Positions 48,137 to 59,448 of a DNA stretch of 64,000 bases are shown in pieces (the first letter of the stretch is position 1; every line of letters begins with the position of its first letter). Where the stretch lies: assembly GCA_964649615.1 (NCBI GenBank), contig CAZYPW010000008.1, positions 574 through 64,573 on the forward strand, written 5' to 3'. The notes beneath the pieces were generated by a model. That model made no database searches and was not told where the DNA came from. It was given only the letters and a program-made list of their open reading frames with translations. Position numbers and translations under genes: made by a program. Origin of the DNA: an uncultured Gammaproteobacteria bacterium. Lineage in GTDB: Bacteria > Patescibacteriota > Microgenomatia > Daviesbacterales > UBA10151.

Positions 48137-49912
48137 ATGAGGATCATTTTGGCCTTTTTTATAGGTTTTTTATCTTTTTTTTATATCTCTGAGATTATTA
48201 AAAGAATCTTAGGCAATGTCAGATATTCTATCTTTGGCATAATCTTTATTATTTTGGGCTTTGCCATAGGTATTTTTGGGGCTAGCTTTTTTCCAGGTGG
48301 AGTTAATGTTCTATCCTCATTTTTTCTAATTGGAGCAGGGCTTGGCATAATTACCCATCATCTGCTTTCCAAAAGATTTATTTTATTTGAGATTGTGGAA
48401 AAGGAATTTGTTTTAAAACATGAAACAAAAGTAGAAAGGTTTTTGGAAATTTTACCAGGAAGCTTAACTTGGCTGGCCCTCACCTCCCCTATCTGGCTCT
48501 CTTTTACCCTGCCTTATGCTGTAGCTTACCTGATTTTGATTGCAGATGTTTATTGGCTGCTGTCCGCTCTGCGGATTGCTATTTTAATCTTAATTGGATC
48601 TAAAAAAATGGAAGAAGTTAAAAAAGAAAACTGGCTTAAGCGTTTAAAAGATGACTATCCTACCGGTTTTGAAAAATATTATCACTTAATTTTAGTGCCT
48701 ACCTATAAAGAAGCCCTTTATATTCTTACTCCTAGCTTTACGGCCATACTGGACTGCGCTTATCCCAAAAATAAAATCTTTCTAGCTGTTGGCTTTGAGG
48801 AAAGAGATGATCATAAGAAAATTGAAGAGACAAAAAAATATTTAAAAAAGATAGAGAATAAACTAGCAGGAGTTTTTATCACCGTTCATCCTTATAACCT
48901 TCCTGGTGAAGTGGCAGGCCAAGGTTCTAATAAAAACTGGATGATCAAACACCTTGTTCCTCAGCTTGAAAAAAAGGGTGTCAAAATAGAAGATGTTTTT
49001 GTGACTACTTTGGATGCAGATTTTGTAGTCTCTCCCCAATTTTTAGCAGGAGCTTTACATAAATATTTATCACAGCCAAAAACGGAAAGGGATAAAAGAA
49101 CTTTTACAGGAGTATTTTTATACCATAATAATTACTGGCAAACTCCCACCCCTATGAGGCTGATGGCAGCAGGCACTTCCTTTTGGCAACTGGCAGAAAT
49201 GGTAGGCTCAGATAAATATATGAACTATTCTTCTATGTCTATTTCTTTGAAAGCTTTACTTGATATTGGCGGCTGGATACCAGATAAAGTTAATGATGAC
49301 AATGGCTTTTATTGGAAAGCTTATTTTCATTTTAATGGGGATTACAGAGTCATCCCCCATTTTCTGCCTCTTTCAGCAGATGCAGTCCAAGATACCACTT
49401 TGCTTAGAACCTTCCAAAATCAATATTTACAAATTAAAAGGTGGGCTTATGGGGTTGAACATATCCCTTTTATTGTTAAACAATATTTTACTAAAGAAAT
49501 TGATTTTTGGGATAAAACAGACAGGGTCCTTTTTAAATTATGGGGAGATTTAAAATGGGGCTTTTTAGCCATCTTTGTTACTTTTGGCAGTTTATTTATT
49601 CCCCTGGTTAATCCAAATTTTAAAGAATCTGTGCTATCTGTTAATTTACCAATTGTGTCATCCTGGATATTAACCACAGCTTTTTTCGGGCTTTTTGCCA
49701 CTATTTATGTCCATGAAAAAGTGGTGCCAAAAAGACCAAAAAACTGGTCCGTCTTTAAAAAGATTTGGTCTTATTTGCAATGGGTTTTAGTGCCAATAAT
49801 TTTGATCACTATCTCATCTCTGCCTGCAATTGATGCCCAAACCTCTTTAATGTTTGGCAGGAAATTAGAATTTAGAGTTACTAACAAGGCAAGACTTTTA
49901 GAGAAAGTATGA
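48137..49912 (+). CDS. Membrane-embedded processive family-2 glycosyltransferase (cellulose/chitin-synthase-like)
   Basis: DxD (TTLDADF) and QxxRW (QIKRWAYG) motifs are flanked by multiple TM helices. Confidence 0.7.
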   Translation: MRIILAFFIGFLSFFYISEIIKRILGNVRYSIFGIIFIILGFAIGIFGASFFPGGVNVLSSFFLIGAGLGIITHHLLSKRFILFEIVEKEFVLKHETKVERFLEILPGSLTWLALTSPIWLSFTLPYAVAYLILIADVYWLLSALRIAILILIGSKKMEEVKKENWLKRLKDDYPTGFEKYYHLILVPTYKEALYILTPSFTAILDCAYPKNKIFLAVGFEERDDHKKIEETKKYLKKIENKLAGVFITVHPYNLPGEVAGQGSNKNWMIKHLVPQLEKKGVKIEDVFVTTLDADFVVSPQFLAGALHKYLSQPKTERDKRTFTGVFLYHNNYWQTPTPMRLMAAGTSFWQLAEMVGSDKYMNYSSMSISLKALLDIGGWIPDKVNDDNGFYWKAYFHFNGDYRVIPHFLPLSADAVQDTTLLRTFQNQYLQIKRWAYGVEHIPFIVKQYFTKEIDFWDKTDRVLFKLWGDLKWGFLAIFVTFGSLFIPLVNPNFKESVLSVNLPIVSSWILTTAFFGLFATIYVHEKVVPKRPKNWSVFKKIWSYLQWVLVPIILITISSLPAIDAQTSLMFGRKLEFRVTNKARLLEKV

Positions 49913-50271
49913 CAAACTATAACAACAAAGTTGTTGCAAGCTTCGCTTATAAGATAATTTTTTATTTAAATATTATCCCTTTAATTTTTGCAACCATCAT
50001 GAGTATTTCTATCCCTATTATTTTTAGGATTTTGCCTGAAAAATTACCTTTATTTTATTCTCTAGCTTGGGGGGAAATACAGCTTGCTAGCCATGAGCAG
50101 TTTTTTATCCTGCCTGCCAGTATTATCTTAGTTACCTTAATAAACTTATTTTTATCTTGGCAACTGCATCCGAGCCAGATTTTTTTAAAAAAAATTTTAC
50201 TTGCCTCTTCAGTGATTATTAGTATAATTTTATCTATCACTTTTTTAAAAATAGTATTTATTTTTATTTAA
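49909..50271 (+). CDS. Hypothetical small membrane protein
   Basis: Three or four TM helices. It is coupled to the flanking genes. Confidence 0.3.
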   Translation: MTNYNNKVVASFAYKIIFYLNIIPLIFATIMSISIPIIFRILPEKLPLFYSLAWGEIQLASHEQFFILPASIILVTLINLFLSWQLHPSQIFLKKILLASSVIISIILSITFLKIVFIFI

Positions 50272-51348
50272 ATGGATTTTATATTTCCTGCCTTAATCTC
50301 TTTTTTAATTACAGTCTCCTTAATCCCCCTAACAATTCGCTTTGCTAAAAAGTATGGGCTGTTAGATAATCCTAAGATTAGGCCACATCCTGCCCATATT
50401 CAACAAAGAATTGTCCCCAGAGCAGGGGGATTAGGTCCTTTTTTTGCCATACTTTTATCCACTTTTATGTTTATTAACTTCAGTATAGAGATCACAGGAA
50501 TTTTATTAGGGCTTAATATTTTACTTGTAATTGGCCTTTTAGATGATAAGTTTAAAAATTTCTCACCATATATAAGGTTATTTGGCCAATTTATAGCTGC
50601 AGTTATGGTTGTTTTTTCTGGAATTAGTATAGATTTTATCACCAACCCCTTGGGGGGAATTCTTTACTTAAATTTTCCCATCACTGTATTTAACCAAACT
50701 CTGCCAATCCTTTTTTCAGACTTTCTAGCCATTGTTTGGATTGTTTGGGTGATGAACATGATTAATTGGTCAAAGGGAGTTGATGGGCAGATGCCCTCTA
50801 TTACTACTGTGGCCTCATTTTTTTTAGGGCTGCTGTCAGTCAAATTAACTCTAGCAGGTGATCCAAATCAAATCAATGTTTCCAAATTATCTTTTATCAC
50901 CACAGGTGCCAGTTTAGGGCTGCTTATTTTTAATTGGCATCCTGCTAAAATTTTCCCAGGTTTTTCTGCTTCAGCAATTTTTGGTTTTTTAATTGCTGTG
51001 TTATCTATTTTATCTGGTGCCAAACTAGCCACAGCTGGGCTAATCTTACTGATCCCTGCCACTGATTTTGCTTATACTTTTATTAGAAGAGTCCTGCAAG
51101 GAAAATCCCCAGTCTGGGGAGACCGGGGACACCTGCATCACAAACTTCTGGAGATGGGCCTATCTCATCAGAAAATTAGCTTGTTTTATTTTTTTGGATC
51201 TGTTATCTTGGGAGCAGCTGCCTTAAGCCTATCGTCATCTGGTAAGCTGTTCGCTGCAACCTTGCTGGCGGTTGTCATCTTAGGAGGAATTATATGGTTG
51301 AACTTCTTTGGGGATTACTTAAAACGTCAAGACCAAGACAGTGGATAA
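50272..51348 (+). CDS. MraY/WecA-family (GT4) polyprenyl-phosphate N-acetylhexosamine-1-phosphate transferase
   Basis: LLDDK, NMINWSKGVDGQ, PGFSASAIFGF and DRGHLHHKL motifs are present. Confidence 0.75.
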   Translation: MDFIFPALISFLITVSLIPLTIRFAKKYGLLDNPKIRPHPAHIQQRIVPRAGGLGPFFAILLSTFMFINFSIEITGILLGLNILLVIGLLDDKFKNFSPYIRLFGQFIAAVMVVFSGISIDFITNPLGGILYLNFPITVFNQTLPILFSDFLAIVWIVWVMNMINWSKGVDGQMPSITTVASFFLGLLSVKLTLAGDPNQINVSKLSFITTGASLGLLIFNWHPAKIFPGFSASAIFGFLIAVLSILSGAKLATAGLILLIPATDFAYTFIRRVLQGKSPVWGDRGHLHHKLLEMGLSHQKISLFYFFGSVILGAAALSLSSSGKLFAATLLAVVILGGIIWLNFFGDYLKRQDQDSG

Positions 51349-52226
51349 AAAACTTTGCCGTCTTTGCTGCCTTAATTTTTTCTGGAACTTTATTTGATAG
51401 AACAAACCAGATTAGATCATTTGAGGCTGTTTTGCTTTTTTGTATCTTTTCCTCTGCTACTTACCTGTTAAATGATGTTTTTGATAAGGAACGGGATAAA
51501 CTCCATCCTTTTAAAAAAAAGAGGCCGGTGGCCTCAGGATTAATCCCTGCTAATTTAGCAATTATTGTAGCCCTGGGACTGATTGTGATAGGATTGCCTT
51601 TAGCTTTCTCTTTGTCTCCAGCTTTTTTCTTTGCCTCTATTACTTACTTAGTTTTACAGCTACTTTATTCCACTTATCTAAAACAAGTGATTTTAATTGA
51701 TGTTTTAGTAATTGCTGCAGGATTTGTTTTAAGGGTTTACGCTGGGGTTTGGGCAATTGATGCTCATCTTAATGTCTGGTTTTTATTGTCTGTTTCATCT
51801 TTTGCCCTGTTTTTAGCCATAGGTAAAAGGAGGTCTGAGCGAACTCTGATGGAAGGCCATGCAGGCCAACATAGAGAAACGCTATTGCACTATCCAGAAA
51901 ATCTATTAGATATCTTAACTGCCATGTTTGCCAACTCTACCTGGTTAACTTATGCTTTATTCACCTTTTTGCAACCTCCCATTACCGCCCGGGGTGCTGT
52001 TAATACCTTTTTAGGAGGGTTTGAATTGCCTTTTACTCAGGCCAAGTTTTTAATGGCCACAGTTCCTGTAGTGGTCTATGCTGTAATGAGATATTTATAT
52101 ATTATTTATGAAAAAAAGGAGGGAGAATCACCTGAGCGAGTTATTTTAACTGATGCTCCACTCCTTGCTGCTGTAGTTCTTTGGTTGGTGATGGTGACTG
52201 GAATTATTTATTACCTTGGTGCTTAA
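51294..52226 (+). CDS. UbiA-family prenyl-phosphate phosphoribosyltransferase (decaprenyl-phosphate 5-phosphoribosyltransferase-like)
   Basis: An N-terminal RPRQWIKN signature and about 8 TM helices. The start probably lies downstream of 51294, since it overlaps the previous gene. Confidence 0.65.
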   Translation: MVELLWGLLKTSRPRQWIKNFAVFAALIFSGTLFDRTNQIRSFEAVLLFCIFSSATYLLNDVFDKERDKLHPFKKKRPVASGLIPANLAIIVALGLIVIGLPLAFSLSPAFFFASITYLVLQLLYSTYLKQVILIDVLVIAAGFVLRVYAGVWAIDAHLNVWFLLSVSSFALFLAIGKRRSERTLMEGHAGQHRETLLHYPENLLDILTAMFANSTWLTYALFTFLQPPITARGAVNTFLGGFELPFTQAKFLMATVPVVVYAVMRYLYIIYEKKEGESPERVILTDAPLLAAVVLWLVMVTGIIYYLGA

Positions 52227-52340
52227 AGGAAGATTTTGAAAGACTTAAGGATCTTTTTGTGAATCTAAATCTGAGTTATTTTTAATCATATCTCACTCCT
52301 CCCAAAAATTGGGAGATTACCTTTATGTTAAAAGCAGACA

Positions 52341-52799
52341 TTAATTCATTCTATTACTACCTTGTTGCGGAAAACCTATTCTTTGTCCATCTGCTTCAAC
52401 TTCATCTCCAAACTTAATACCTGCTCTGGCAGACAAAGCTATTGATTCAATTAGATTTCGTATCTGATAAACATCTCTCCTGAAAAGTTTATCAACAAAG
52501 ATATCAAAACCTCCTGTTAAACTTTTAACATGGATGTGTCCAAAAAATGGACCAGCCGATGCATCTACACAGGCAATATCTGTAGCCATAATAGAAATCA
52601 CTTCATCAGCCCACAGGCCATAATTTTTCATCCAAATCACCCTCAACTGCTCAATGATCAACTGATCAGGAAACAAAGTTAAAGGGAAAATCTGCTTAAA
52701 ACGACCTAAAACTTTAGAACTTGTATCTTCTCCGTCAAATGTTCTAACTCCCACTACTTGATCCAGTTGCCAAATTCCGGTTTGAGCAAGGTATCTCAT
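52341..52799 (-). CDS. Hypothetical protein co-transcribed with the MarR regulator
   Basis: ATGA overlap with marR. I recognise no motif. Confidence 0.3.
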   Translation of the reverse strand: MRYLAQTGIWQLDQVVGVRTFDGEDTSSKVLGRFKQIFPLTLFPDQLIIEQLRVIWMKNYGLWADEVISIMATDIACVDASAGPFFGHIHVKSLTGGFDIFVDKLFRRDVYQIRNLIESIALSARAGIKFGDEVEADGQRIGFPQQGSNRMN

Positions 52800-53233
52800 T
52801 TTTCACCTCCTTTCCAATCTTCTAAACTTTGATCTAATTTTTCTAAAGTCAGATAAAAACACTGTGCTTCTTTAGCAGAAAGCCTCGCTTTTAAAAACTC
52901 ATCAAGTTTAGTAGCACGATCTAAAATCTGTTTTACTATCTTTTTACCCTTACTAGTCAGAGTGATTTTATATTTCCTCCGATCATCATTAACACTTTCT
53001 CTTTTCACTAAATCTAGATCTTCCAATTCATCGATTAGTACCACTACTGTGGCTGGCTCAAGATTTAAAGTTTGGGCAATTTGTTTTTGGCTGACCTCTT
53101 TTTTTGAATTTATAAACAACAAAGCAGATGATTGTGAATAGGAAAGTGAACTAAAAGCTAAATCAAAGTCTATACATTTTTGGAATTTTTTACCAAGATT
53201 AACAGTATGGAAAAGGAATGTATGTTTCATCAA
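52796..53233 (-). CDS. marR: MarR-family transcriptional regulator
   Basis: The wHTH reads VSQKQIAQTLNLEPATVVVLIDELEDLDLVKRESVNDDRRKYKITLTSKG. Confidence 0.75.
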   Translation of the reverse strand: MMKHTFLFHTVNLGKKFQKCIDFDLAFSSLSYSQSSALLFINSKKEVSQKQIAQTLNLEPATVVVLIDELEDLDLVKRESVNDDRRKYKITLTSKGKKIVKQILDRATKLDEFLKARLSAKEAQCFYLTLEKLDQSLEDWKGGEK

Positions 53234-53282
53234 TAGTTAGATTTCTAACAATAAGAAATCTAACATATCAGATATTTACCTG

Positions 53283-54086
53283 TCAAGGTGTCTTTTTCTC
53301 AACGTAGGCGGCAAAAACATATCCTTCTAAATTATTAGTTAATCTAACCCTATACCAACTGCCCTCCTCAGATAGTATTATCAAAGTATCCCCTGGCTTA
53401 ACTTGGGCAATCTCTTTGCCAGCAGTTGAGGCTTTATCTCTGACCCTTAAAAATCCTGTTGGGGTCTGTTTTACTATTACCTCAGGAGTGGTGGTAATGG
53501 TGGAAGTAGCAAAAGTAGTTAAATCTACCTCTGAAAGAGCCAAATCTAGTGCTATTGTTAAATTAAACCCTTCTGGAAGTTTGGCAGATAAGCTTCTTTT
53601 TAAATAATTAGGGTGGGAAACTATAATATTATGTTCACCTGAGGGAATATTGATGGTGAGCGGGCTTTTACCATAAACTTTAGAATCTACCTCTATCTCT
53701 GAATCAGAAGGATTAGAAATAATCGTTACTCCCTTACCTTTTTCCAAGGTTAAAGTTTCACCTGCAGATGAGGTTGGATCTTTTGATAAATCCCTATTTA
53801 CAATTGAAATAGCATCTGGTTTTAACTCTACTTTCCCCTGCCAGATGCTACCATCTTTTTCTATCTTTACTAAAACTATTTTAGGTTCCAATGTTTCATT
53901 GCTGTAAGGAGTCTTACCTACTTCAGCACCATCAATAAAAACAGTGGCTGAATCAGGAGTTGAAGTTAAAGAAATACCGCTTTTTTGTTTGATACCTAAA
54001 ATAGTCTGAGGAATTTGGCTGCTAAACCTAATAATTAGGGCTAATAAACTAACTACAACTAAAAACCAAATTATTATTTTTTTCAT
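53283..54086 (-). CDS. Signal-anchored protein with two PEGA domains and a C-terminal bacterial SH3 domain
   Basis: The PEGA domains read ATVFIDGAEVGKTPYS and SEIEVDSKVYGKSPL...EHNIIVSHPNY. The SH3b domain reads GFLRVRDKASTAGKEIAQVKPGDTLIIL...WYRV. Confidence 0.6.
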   Translation of the reverse strand: MKKIIIWFLVVVSLLALIIRFSSQIPQTILGIKQKSGISLTSTPDSATVFIDGAEVGKTPYSNETLEPKIVLVKIEKDGSIWQGKVELKPDAISIVNRDLSKDPTSSAGETLTLEKGKGVTIISNPSDSEIEVDSKVYGKSPLTINIPSGEHNIIVSHPNYLKRSLSAKLPEGFNLTIALDLALSEVDLTTFATSTITTTPEVIVKQTPTGFLRVRDKASTAGKEIAQVKPGDTLIILSEEGSWYRVRLTNNLEGYVFAAYVEKKTP

Positions 54087-54166
54087 CTTTACAGTATACC
54101 AATAAATTTGACCTTTAGTTCTAAATTTAGTAAAATACGCTATCTTCCGCTAAAAGCGGTTTTATT

Positions 54167-54739
54167 TTGAAAAAACAAACCAAAAATAATCAAATATTTT
54201 CTAAACTTACTATACTGGCCGTGTTGAGCCTTTTCCTTTCTGGATACCACCCGGCTCTTAGCTTTCCACCGGTAGAACTCTCAGATACCCTAGCTCACGA
54301 AAACCAAGAGCAAAAGGAAGAGATTTTAGCCTCATCTTTTAGGGAAGCTGTTATCTTGCCTCACCCCGGATATTTATCAACTAGGTATTCTACTTTCCAT
54401 CCAGGAGTAGATATTGCCTCAGGTTTAGGCATGCCAATTCACCCCATTAATCCAGGTCAAATTATAGAAACTGGCAGAGATTTTTTTGGCTTAGGAAATT
54501 ATATAATCATCTCTCATGAAAATGGATTTAAATCAAAATATGCCCATCTGGGCAAAATATTTGTTAAAAAGAATCAACCTGTTAACACAGAAAATACTTT
54601 AGGGGAAGTTGGGATGACTGGAAATACCTCAGGCCCTCATACGCATTTGGAAATCACTCTCAATGGAAATTTTATTGATCCTCAAACAATACTTCCAGAA
54701 ATTCCACCTATTCCACAGCAAACTCTTTCTAAGAAATAA
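54167..54739 (+). CDS. M23/LytM-family metallopeptidase
   Basis: HPGVDIA and GMTGNTSGPHTHLEI (HxH) motifs follow a signal peptide. Confidence 0.8.
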   Translation: MKKQTKNNQIFSKLTILAVLSLFLSGYHPALSFPPVELSDTLAHENQEQKEEILASSFREAVILPHPGYLSTRYSTFHPGVDIASGLGMPIHPINPGQIIETGRDFFGLGNYIIISHENGFKSKYAHLGKIFVKKNQPVNTENTLGEVGMTGNTSGPHTHLEITLNGNFIDPQTILPEIPPIPQQTLSKK

Positions 54740-54757
54740 CCCTGGGACTATTTCCTT

Positions 54758-55351
54758 TCAGGAAATAACTTCACCCTCCACAGTAGTCAGGGGTGTCCCT
54801 CTTAAGCCTAATTGCTCTCTTTCTCTATTGATTGATCTTTCAAGCAGATTTTTTATTTCTATTGGATAATCAACATAGTCTAAAGATATTTCTCCTTTAT
54901 TCATTCCAGCAGTGTTAACTACAATTCTGCCATGATGGAAAAAGATCCTATCCACAAATCCCTGAATCACTTCAATATGGGTTATTTTATCAAATAAAGC
55001 AGAACTTAAGGTCACTGAAAATAAGCCTTTTTTAATAATCACTCTGCTGGTAGTAAGCAGGTATCTGCGGGAATGGTAAGTATGGAGGGTTTTTAAAATA
55101 GCAAAAATAGCCATCAAAGTTAAAGCAATAACCAAGGAGGTTAATAGGCCTAATTTTAAAATCCAGGCTAAACCAAACCCTAATACCCCAAAGATAATGC
55201 CTGGAAACAGTAGATAGATACAGAATTTGCTTCTTAAATAAGCATTAGATAAACCAGTCACCAAAACTAATTCCTCATCCTCTGATAAATATTTAGCAAA
55301 CACCTTTTTTTGTTTCTCAGTAGGAGATTCCCTATAGTGGAACTTAGCCAT
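54758..55351 (-). CDS. Bacterial PH-domain (DUF304/YdbS-like) membrane protein
   Basis: Two TM helices are followed by a bPH domain reading ...YLLTTSRVIIKKGLFSVTLSSALFDKITHIEV.... Confidence 0.55.
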   Translation of the reverse strand: MAKFHYRESPTEKQKKVFAKYLSEDEELVLVTGLSNAYLRSKFCIYLLFPGIIFGVLGFGLAWILKLGLLTSLVIALTLMAIFAILKTLHTYHSRRYLLTTSRVIIKKGLFSVTLSSALFDKITHIEVIQGFVDRIFFHHGRIVVNTAGMNKGEISLDYVDYPIEIKNLLERSINREREQLGLRGTPLTTVEGEVIS

Positions 55352-55398
55352 TAAAAGTATTGTACTATACCCTAAACCCTATACACTATTCCCTAATT

Positions 55399-57012
<1,614 letters not shown>

Positions 57013-57014
57013 AA

Positions 57015-57269
57015 TTATTCTATAAATCTAGTATTAGCGCCAGGTATTGTACTTACATCTTTTGCTGGAATTCCAATTCCATACAAAGAACCACCCCTCA
57101 TAAAGTCTTCCAATCCTCTATCTAATCTATTAGCTGCATTATCAGTTATACTTACCACCATCTCTGGTTGTATAGGATTTGTAGCTCGAACAATTGCACC
57201 ATATATCCTATCAACTCGATCTGGTCCAACATATTCTTCAAAACTTATCTTTGGTGCGTATTCTGCCAT
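57015..57269 (-). CDS. 84-aa protein of unknown function inserted between groES and groEL
   Basis: Only 1 nt separates it from the groES stop and 2 nt from the groEL start. Its own SD GGAGAA lies 5 nt upstream of the ATG. I recognise no motif ([39 protein letters not shown]...). Confidence 0.5.
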   Translation of the reverse strand: MAEYAPKISFEEYVGPDRVDRIYGAIVRATNPIQPEMVVSITDNAANRLDRGLEDFMRGGSLYGIGIPAKDVSTIPGANTRFIE

Positions 57270-57270
57270 A

Positions 57271-57594
57271 TTAGTTCTCCAATATCGCCATCAAGTCATC
57301 AAATTTGACTAATTTTAATTCCTTTCCTTCTATTTTTATTTCATCCCCACCCCATTTTTTATAAACCACTTTATCCCCATTTTTTACCGGGCATTTAACA
57401 GTCTTGCCATTCTCCATCACCATGTCATCTCCACAAGCAATTACTATGCCTTGGGCTGGTTTTTCCTGGGCCCCTTCGGGTAAATATATGCCAGAGGCTG
57501 TTTTGGTTTCCGCTTCACTAGGTTGCACCAAACAATAACCCATTAAGGGTTTTATGTTTATTTTTGAAGTTGTATTTTTACTAACTTTTGACAT
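57271..57594 (-). CDS. groES: Co-chaperonin GroES
   Basis: The Cpn10 fold reads ...IKPLMGYCLVQPSEAETKTASGIYLPEGAQEKP.QGIVIACG.... Confidence 0.9.
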   Translation of the reverse strand: MSKVSKNTTSKINIKPLMGYCLVQPSEAETKTASGIYLPEGAQEKPAQGIVIACGDDMVMENGKTVKCPVKNGDKVVYKKWGGDEIKIEGKELKLVKFDDLMAILEN

Positions 57595-57652
57595 ATGAAA
57601 TTAACATGAGGCAGAGCTGAGTTAGATTTATACCAAAAACTAGCACTGCTTG

Positions 57653-58513
57653 TCAAGCCCTGCTAATTTTTTGTTTGTAGAGCTTTAAAATGTTAGGTCT
57701 GATATCTAAAGGGTGGAGGTACAAAGCCCCTTCTTGTATCCGTTCCATACCTTCTGGCTTTTTCATAATTTTTAGCTGTATCCACCTTGCTATCTTTTCT
57801 AATAAGTCAAAAGTTTTGAGATTTGATTTGTAGGTTTGAGATTTGCGTTTTGAGATTTGCGTTTTTTCTCCAATCCAATTTGGTAAAAACTTAAAAGCCC
57901 AACTGTTATCAGACAAATACTTGGTATAAATTCCCTCCCTTTGCCAAAGAAGCTTCATTTGCAAAACTTCATGGGCAGTATATAGATCTTTAAACAATTG
58001 CTCCAAATGGTCTTCATCCAAAATAGTATTCAAACAAAATTTTCCCCGGGCATCTTTAAAACTCATCCCGACTTTTCTTCTTACTCCAAAAAAATCTAGA
58101 ATAAATATGACCAGCATCCGGGATAACCAAAGCCTGTTTTTATCAGTAATTAAAAACAAATCTATATCATCACGTTTTTCACTATTCTCAAGGGCTAATC
58201 CACCTGAAATTCCCACTAATTTTACCCAGGGAATAATTTTAAGAAATTGACCAAATATTTTTGCTTTTTTAAAATAAATTTCTGATTGCTTTTCTCTTCT
58301 TTTTCTTTTTAAAACCAGTTGTTTATGGTTCTTCAAAAAATAAAAGTCCCCGGAGTTACCAATTTTTCTTTTTTTAAAAAGTCTGGTTAATGCTTTTTCT
58401 ACTTGCCAGAAAGTGGCTTGTTTTCCAATCAGCCATTTATGAATTTCGTAGGCTTTCATTGGAAACAAAAAAATATTGGCATAAATTAATGTTTTTAAAA
58501 CCGCCTTTTCCAT
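57653..58513 (-). CDS. Hypothetical protein with a nucleotidyltransferase-fold signature (GISGGLA...DDIDLFLI) carrying an internal heptamer array
   Basis: The GS-x(n)-DxD pattern is present. The array at 57814-57862 (ttttgag/atttgat/ttgtagg/tttgaga/tttgcgt/tttgaga/tttgcgt) encodes a K/S/Q-rich segment. Confidence 0.35.
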   Translation of the reverse strand: MEKAVLKTLIYANIFLFPMKAYEIHKWLIGKQATFWQVEKALTRLFKKRKIGNSGDFYFLKNHKQLVLKRKRREKQSEIYFKKAKIFGQFLKIIPWVKLVGISGGLALENSEKRDDIDLFLITDKNRLWLSRMLVIFILDFFGVRRKVGMSFKDARGKFCLNTILDEDHLEQLFKDLYTAHEVLQMKLLWQREGIYTKYLSDNSWAFKFLPNWIGEKTQISKRKSQTYKSNLKTFDLLEKIARWIQLKIMKKPEGMERIQEGALYLHPLDIRPNILKLYKQKISRA

Positions 58514-58530
58514 AGGAGTATAATAATCAA

Positions 58531-59448
58531 ATGCAAATTAAAAGTAACTACCCGCTATCACAAGTTACCACTTTACAAATTGGTGGTCCTGCTAAAAAGT
58601 TTGTTGAAGTGTCTTCAAATGAAGAATTAACAAAGGCAATAAATTTTGCCAAAGCAAATAACCTGAATTATTTAGTAATAGGCGAAGGGAGTAATTTATT
58701 AGTTTCTGATAAAGGGGTTGATAAATTAATTATTAAAAATTCTATCACTGGTATAGCCTCACAGGGTTCAACCTTACGAGTTCAAAGCGGCACTGTTTTA
58801 CAAGAGTTAGTGGATTTTTCCATTAAATATGGACTAGCTGGATTACAAAAATTAACCGGTATCCCCGGAACTGTGGGTGGTGCAATTTACGGAAATGCCG
58901 GAGCATATGGACAAACAATCTCAGACCATATTGTGGAGGTTACTGTTCTGAATCCTTCAACTGTCATTCCCGCGCAGGGGTGTGGTTTTAATTATCGGGA
59001 CAGCAACTTCAAAAGAAATCACCATATCATCTTAGAAGTTACTTTCCAATTTGAAAAATCTGATCCACAGATTATGAAGGCTGAAGCAAAAGAAGTCTTA
59101 TCTAAAAGACTGGTTAAGTATCCTCCGGGAATAAAATGCCCCGGATCTTTTTTTAAAAATATAGTGGCAGATACTTTGTCAAAAGAAATTTTAGACAAAA
59201 TACCTAAAAAAGCTATAATCTACGGTAAGCTTCCAGCAGGGTATCTTTTAGAACAAGTTGGAGCTAAAGGGAATTCATTAGATGGAATTTATATCGCAGA
59301 TTATCATGCAAACTTATTTATAAATAATGACCATGGAAATGCTCAGGCCTTCCATGATTTAGCCAAAAAATATGCTGAAAAAGTTTATGAAAAATATGGA
59401 ATTAAATTAGAACCAGAAGTACAGCTTATTAACCTACCTCCGCTTTAA
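58531..59448 (+). CDS. murB: UDP-N-acetylenolpyruvoylglucosamine reductase
   Basis: A FAD-binding N-terminus (LQIGGPAKKFVEV...LVIGEGSNLL) and the MurB C-terminal domain are present. Confidence 0.85.
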   Translation: MQIKSNYPLSQVTTLQIGGPAKKFVEVSSNEELTKAINFAKANNLNYLVIGEGSNLLVSDKGVDKLIIKNSITGIASQGSTLRVQSGTVLQELVDFSIKYGLAGLQKLTGIPGTVGGAIYGNAGAYGQTISDHIVEVTVLNPSTVIPAQGCGFNYRDSNFKRNHHIILEVTFQFEKSDPQIMKAEAKEVLSKRLVKYPPGIKCPGSFFKNIVADTLSKEILDKIPKKAIIYGKLPAGYLLEQVGAKGNSLDGIYIADYHANLFINNDHGNAQAFHDLAKKYAEKVYEKYGIKLEPEVQLINLPPL

